NCBI GenBank assembly: GCA_965207225.1
Contig: CBDBLV010000004.1
Location: 288,001 to 352,000, forward strand
Direction: 5' to 3'
Length of the DNA: 64,000 nucleotides
Origin: Dehalococcoidia bacterium
Lineage (GTDB): Bacteria > Chloroflexota > Dehalococcoidia > Plut-88900
Shown: in pieces, positions 61,575 through 64,000 of the stretch
How the letters are laid out: each line of letters starts with the position of its first letter
Position numbering within the stretch: the first letter of the stretch is position 1
Position numbers and translations under genes: made by a program
The notes under the pieces: generated by a model
What the model was told of the DNA's origin: nothing
The model's database searches: none
Seen by the model: the letters and a program-made list of their open reading frames with translations, nothing else

Positions 61575-62426
61575 CTACTTCGGACAAGACCATGAGCCCG
61601 AGCCTAAGTCGGGATTCCATTGACCTTGCCAATGAGGTCTCCAATCGTAGCGCTTGGGGAACTCCCGGGGCTCGATTCCCGTGTCCAGGATTTCGACGCC
61701 GACAGGCCTAAGCGTGACTTTCTCGGGGGTTGTTGCGGCAAAACTGCCATCACCCATTGGACATACGGACACTGCGACCAGCAGGTCTATCTCTGCGTAG
61801 AAGGCAACGTAGTCGCCGGGTCGGGCCCTGGTGGCGGTAATCTCCATTTTCCCTGTCTCATCGTTGATTCGGCTAGGCATACACACACAGAAGTTGTCCT
61901 GGATGTTCATTTCGGCAAGGCCGAAGGGTTCGATGGCCTGGAGGAAGTTAAGGTGACAAGAGTTAAGCCTTTTTCTTTCGGACCGCATTTCGAGGAATTC
62001 GGATGTGCAGTGAGAACCGAGCACGAGGTGGTTATGCCATCCTTCAAGGACTTCGACCGTGTCTTCGATGCAGGTGGCCATTGGCCTAAAGTATGGGACA
62101 TCGGACCAGAGCCTGGTGTTTTCCCTGATGAACCAGCCTTCAATGAGGAAGCTGTGTTCGGGCCTGAAGAACTCGCGGGGCTCGTGGAGATTCAAGAGAG
62201 CAACGTCGACCACCTGGGGCCCGGTCTCCTGAATGATGCGGAATACCTGACCCTTCTTCACTTCGAAACCCTGGCCGTTGTTAGGGGGGATGACAGATTT
62301 CTCGGTGAGGGTGTAGTCGGGCTTGGCGTTGCGAACGGCCTGGTAAAAGTCGGGGTCGAGGGCGTACTGGGGAAGCAAGGTCTTGGACGGGACTATGGTG
62401 ACTTTATCCTTCGATTCTTCAGCCAT
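61575..62426 (-). CDS. Urea carboxylase-associated family protein (DUF1989)
   Basis: GPQVVD, SHC, SCHLNF, GDYVAFYAEIDLLVAVSVCP. Confidence 0.85.
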   Translation of the reverse strand: MAEESKDKVTIVPSKTLLPQYALDPDFYQAVRNAKPDYTLTEKSVIPPNNGQGFEVKKGQVFRIIQETGPQVVDVALLNLHEPREFFRPEHSFLIEGWFIRENTRLWSDVPYFRPMATCIEDTVEVLEGWHNHLVLGSHCTSEFLEMRSERKRLNSCHLNFLQAIEPFGLAEMNIQDNFCVCMPSRINDETGKMEITATRARPGDYVAFYAEIDLLVAVSVCPMGDGSFAATTPEKVTLRPVGVEILDTGIEPREFPKRYDWRPHWQGQWNPDLGSGSWSCPK

Positions 62427-62575
62427 GTCTTATCATCCTCCTTGCCGAGGATATGTCCGGCACATTCATGAATGGCTCACTGCGCAGCGGTAAAGATAAT
62501 AGCTCCGTGGGAATCCACCTCGTCCTCGAATGTTACAATCCTGCGCAGATTAGGGAAAGTTTGGGGGTGACAATC

Positions 62576-63580
62576 GTGAAATTCAGCCTTGAACTGGGCA
62601 ACGAGCTTCCCGTAGATCGGGCCCCGGGGCCCCATGTCGACGACCTTGTCGAGCAGATTCGGGCGGTGCGGGACTTTGGTTTTCACGGCCTGCTGTTTGG
62701 TCAGCATTACCTGTCCCATCCACTGCAGACGCTTCAGCCATTTCCGCTAATTGCCCGCATGGCCGCTGAGGCGGGGGATATGTGGCTCGGGACAGGCATT
62801 TTGCTGCTGCCGCTGCTTCACCCGGTGGACGTGGCCGAGCAGGTCTCGACGCTGGACATCATCTGCAAAGGCAAGTTCTTCTTCGGCCTGGGGCTCGGGT
62901 ATGAGATCGAGGAGTTTCAGGCCTTTGGAATTGAGAGAAAGACCAGGGTCAGCCGTTTCGAGGAGTCTCTCGAGGTCGTCAGGATGCTTTGGACACAGGA
63001 CACGGTGACCTTTCACGGGCGACATTTCAACCTGGAGAACGTCAAGCCCACGCTGCGGCCCATTCAAAAGCCTCATCCTCCAATCTGGATAGCGGCAAAC
63101 AACTACCCGGCGATACGTCGGGCGGCGAGGCTGGGGGCAGTGCTCTTTGCCAGCCCCCACGCACACAACGGCACCCTAAAGGAACAGATCGCGGTTTACA
63201 AGGAAGCCGTTGCGGAGTCTTCGGCGCCGACGCCGGAGGACATAGCAGTCCTCAAAGACACCTTCGTTGCCGAGACGGACGAAGAGGCCTTTGCCGCCTG
63301 CCAGCCCTACTTTGAGAACAGGTACAAGGTCTACGAGGACCAGGGACAGGACCAGGAGCTTCCCGAAGGAGACAGGTTCAACCTGCCCTTCGAGGAGTTG
63401 GCCAGGGACAGATTCCTCATCGGAAGCCCGGAGACGGTGATCAGGGGTGTCGAGGAGATGCTGGACATCGGCTACAACCACATCATCTTCTACACGCAGC
63501 ACCCGGGCCTGCCGGGAGACCTGGCCCTGAAATGCTACAAGATGCTGGGAGAGAGGGTGCTGCCGGCGTTCAGGTCATAG
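62576..63580 (+). CDS. LLM-class flavin-dependent oxidoreductase
   Basis: GQHY, LLPLLHPVDVAEQ, GLGLGY..EF, PIQKPHPPIW and RRAARLG; GTG start inferred. Confidence 0.9.
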   Translation: MKFSLELGNELPVDRAPGPHVDDLVEQIRAVRDFGFHGLLFGQHYLSHPLQTLQPFPLIARMAAEAGDMWLGTGILLLPLLHPVDVAEQVSTLDIICKGKFFFGLGLGYEIEEFQAFGIERKTRVSRFEESLEVVRMLWTQDTVTFHGRHFNLENVKPTLRPIQKPHPPIWIAANNYPAIRRAARLGAVLFASPHAHNGTLKEQIAVYKEAVAESSAPTPEDIAVLKDTFVAETDEEAFAACQPYFENRYKVYEDQGQDQELPEGDRFNLPFEELARDRFLIGSPETVIRGVEEMLDIGYNHIIFYTQHPGLPGDLALKCYKMLGERVLPAFRS

Positions 63581-64000
63581 GATGGACAGGAGGCTTTTCA
63601 GGTCCGGGAATTCGTAGTCGGGGCGGGCCTCGCCCCACGGCTGTCGGCCATGGCGATTTATCCAGGCCATTTTGAAGCCGAGGCCCGTGGCCGGCACAAC
63701 GTCGTGATAGTAGCTCTGGGCGACGTGTAGGACCACGTCTTTCGATACTCCCAGGGTCTCCATCATGCGGTCCCAGTGGCCCCGGGCGGGCTTGTAAGAG
63801 CCCACGGCTTCGGCGGTGATTACCTCGTCGAACTCGACCCCTATGGTCTCAATGGACTGGCGGATAAAGTTCTCGTCGGTGTTGGAGAGGATAACTAGCT
63901 TGTAGCCGCGGTTTTTCATTTCGGTGAGGGCCTCGGTTGTGTCCGGGAACTTGGGCCAGGAGGCGAGGCTGTCGCCGAAGATACCGGCTTCTTCATCGGT
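63575..64000 (-). CDS. HAD-family hydrolase (haloacid dehalogenase type II-like), 5' end outside the window
   Basis: ILSNTD, SYKP, LHVAQSYYHD and WINR; frame open to the window edge. Confidence 0.88.
   Translation of the reverse strand, partial: TDEEAGIFGDSLASWPKFPDTTEALTEMKNRGYKLVILSNTDENFIRQSIETIGVEFDEVITAEAVGSYKPARGHWDRMMETLGVSKDVVLHVAQSYYHDVVPATGLGFKMAWINRHGRQPWGEARPDYEFPDLKSLLSIL

Noticed and set aside
61620-62471. Long antisense ORFs (also 4770-5960, 13329-14588, 18431-19612, 30017-31186, 39571-40587)
   Set aside because: Shadow frames opposite well-supported genes, as expected at high GC.

Overview
GC-rich, gene-dense bacterial chromosomal window. The gene content (several luciferase-like monooxygenases, family III CoA-transferases, amidohydrolases, a hydantoinase/oxoprolinase pair, split B12 mutases) suggests Chloroflexota, Dehalococcoidia/SAR202-like; this taxonomy is inference only. 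It carries lutABC, a liv-type ABC importer, katG, a tungsten aldehyde oxidoreductase (aor) operon with two catalytic paralogs, hicAB, an acyl-CoA mutase cluster, nfo, csoR-YHS-copA, ilvD and many catabolic enzymes. Three long intergenic regions hold clusters of palindromic REP-like repeats. The main unexplained signal is a pair of apparently paralogous, promoter-driven, highly structured non-coding regions (cores about 17865-18172 and 44897-45466). They share a GGAAGGTCC/GGACCTTCC closing helix, the same order of internal helices and a predicted pseudoknot. In the second locus the core domain is tandemly duplicated, and none of the 15 differences between the copies breaks a predicted base pair. 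I do not recognise it as a known RNA family, so it is a candidate new large ncRNA class. All structures were derived by eye and no searches were run.
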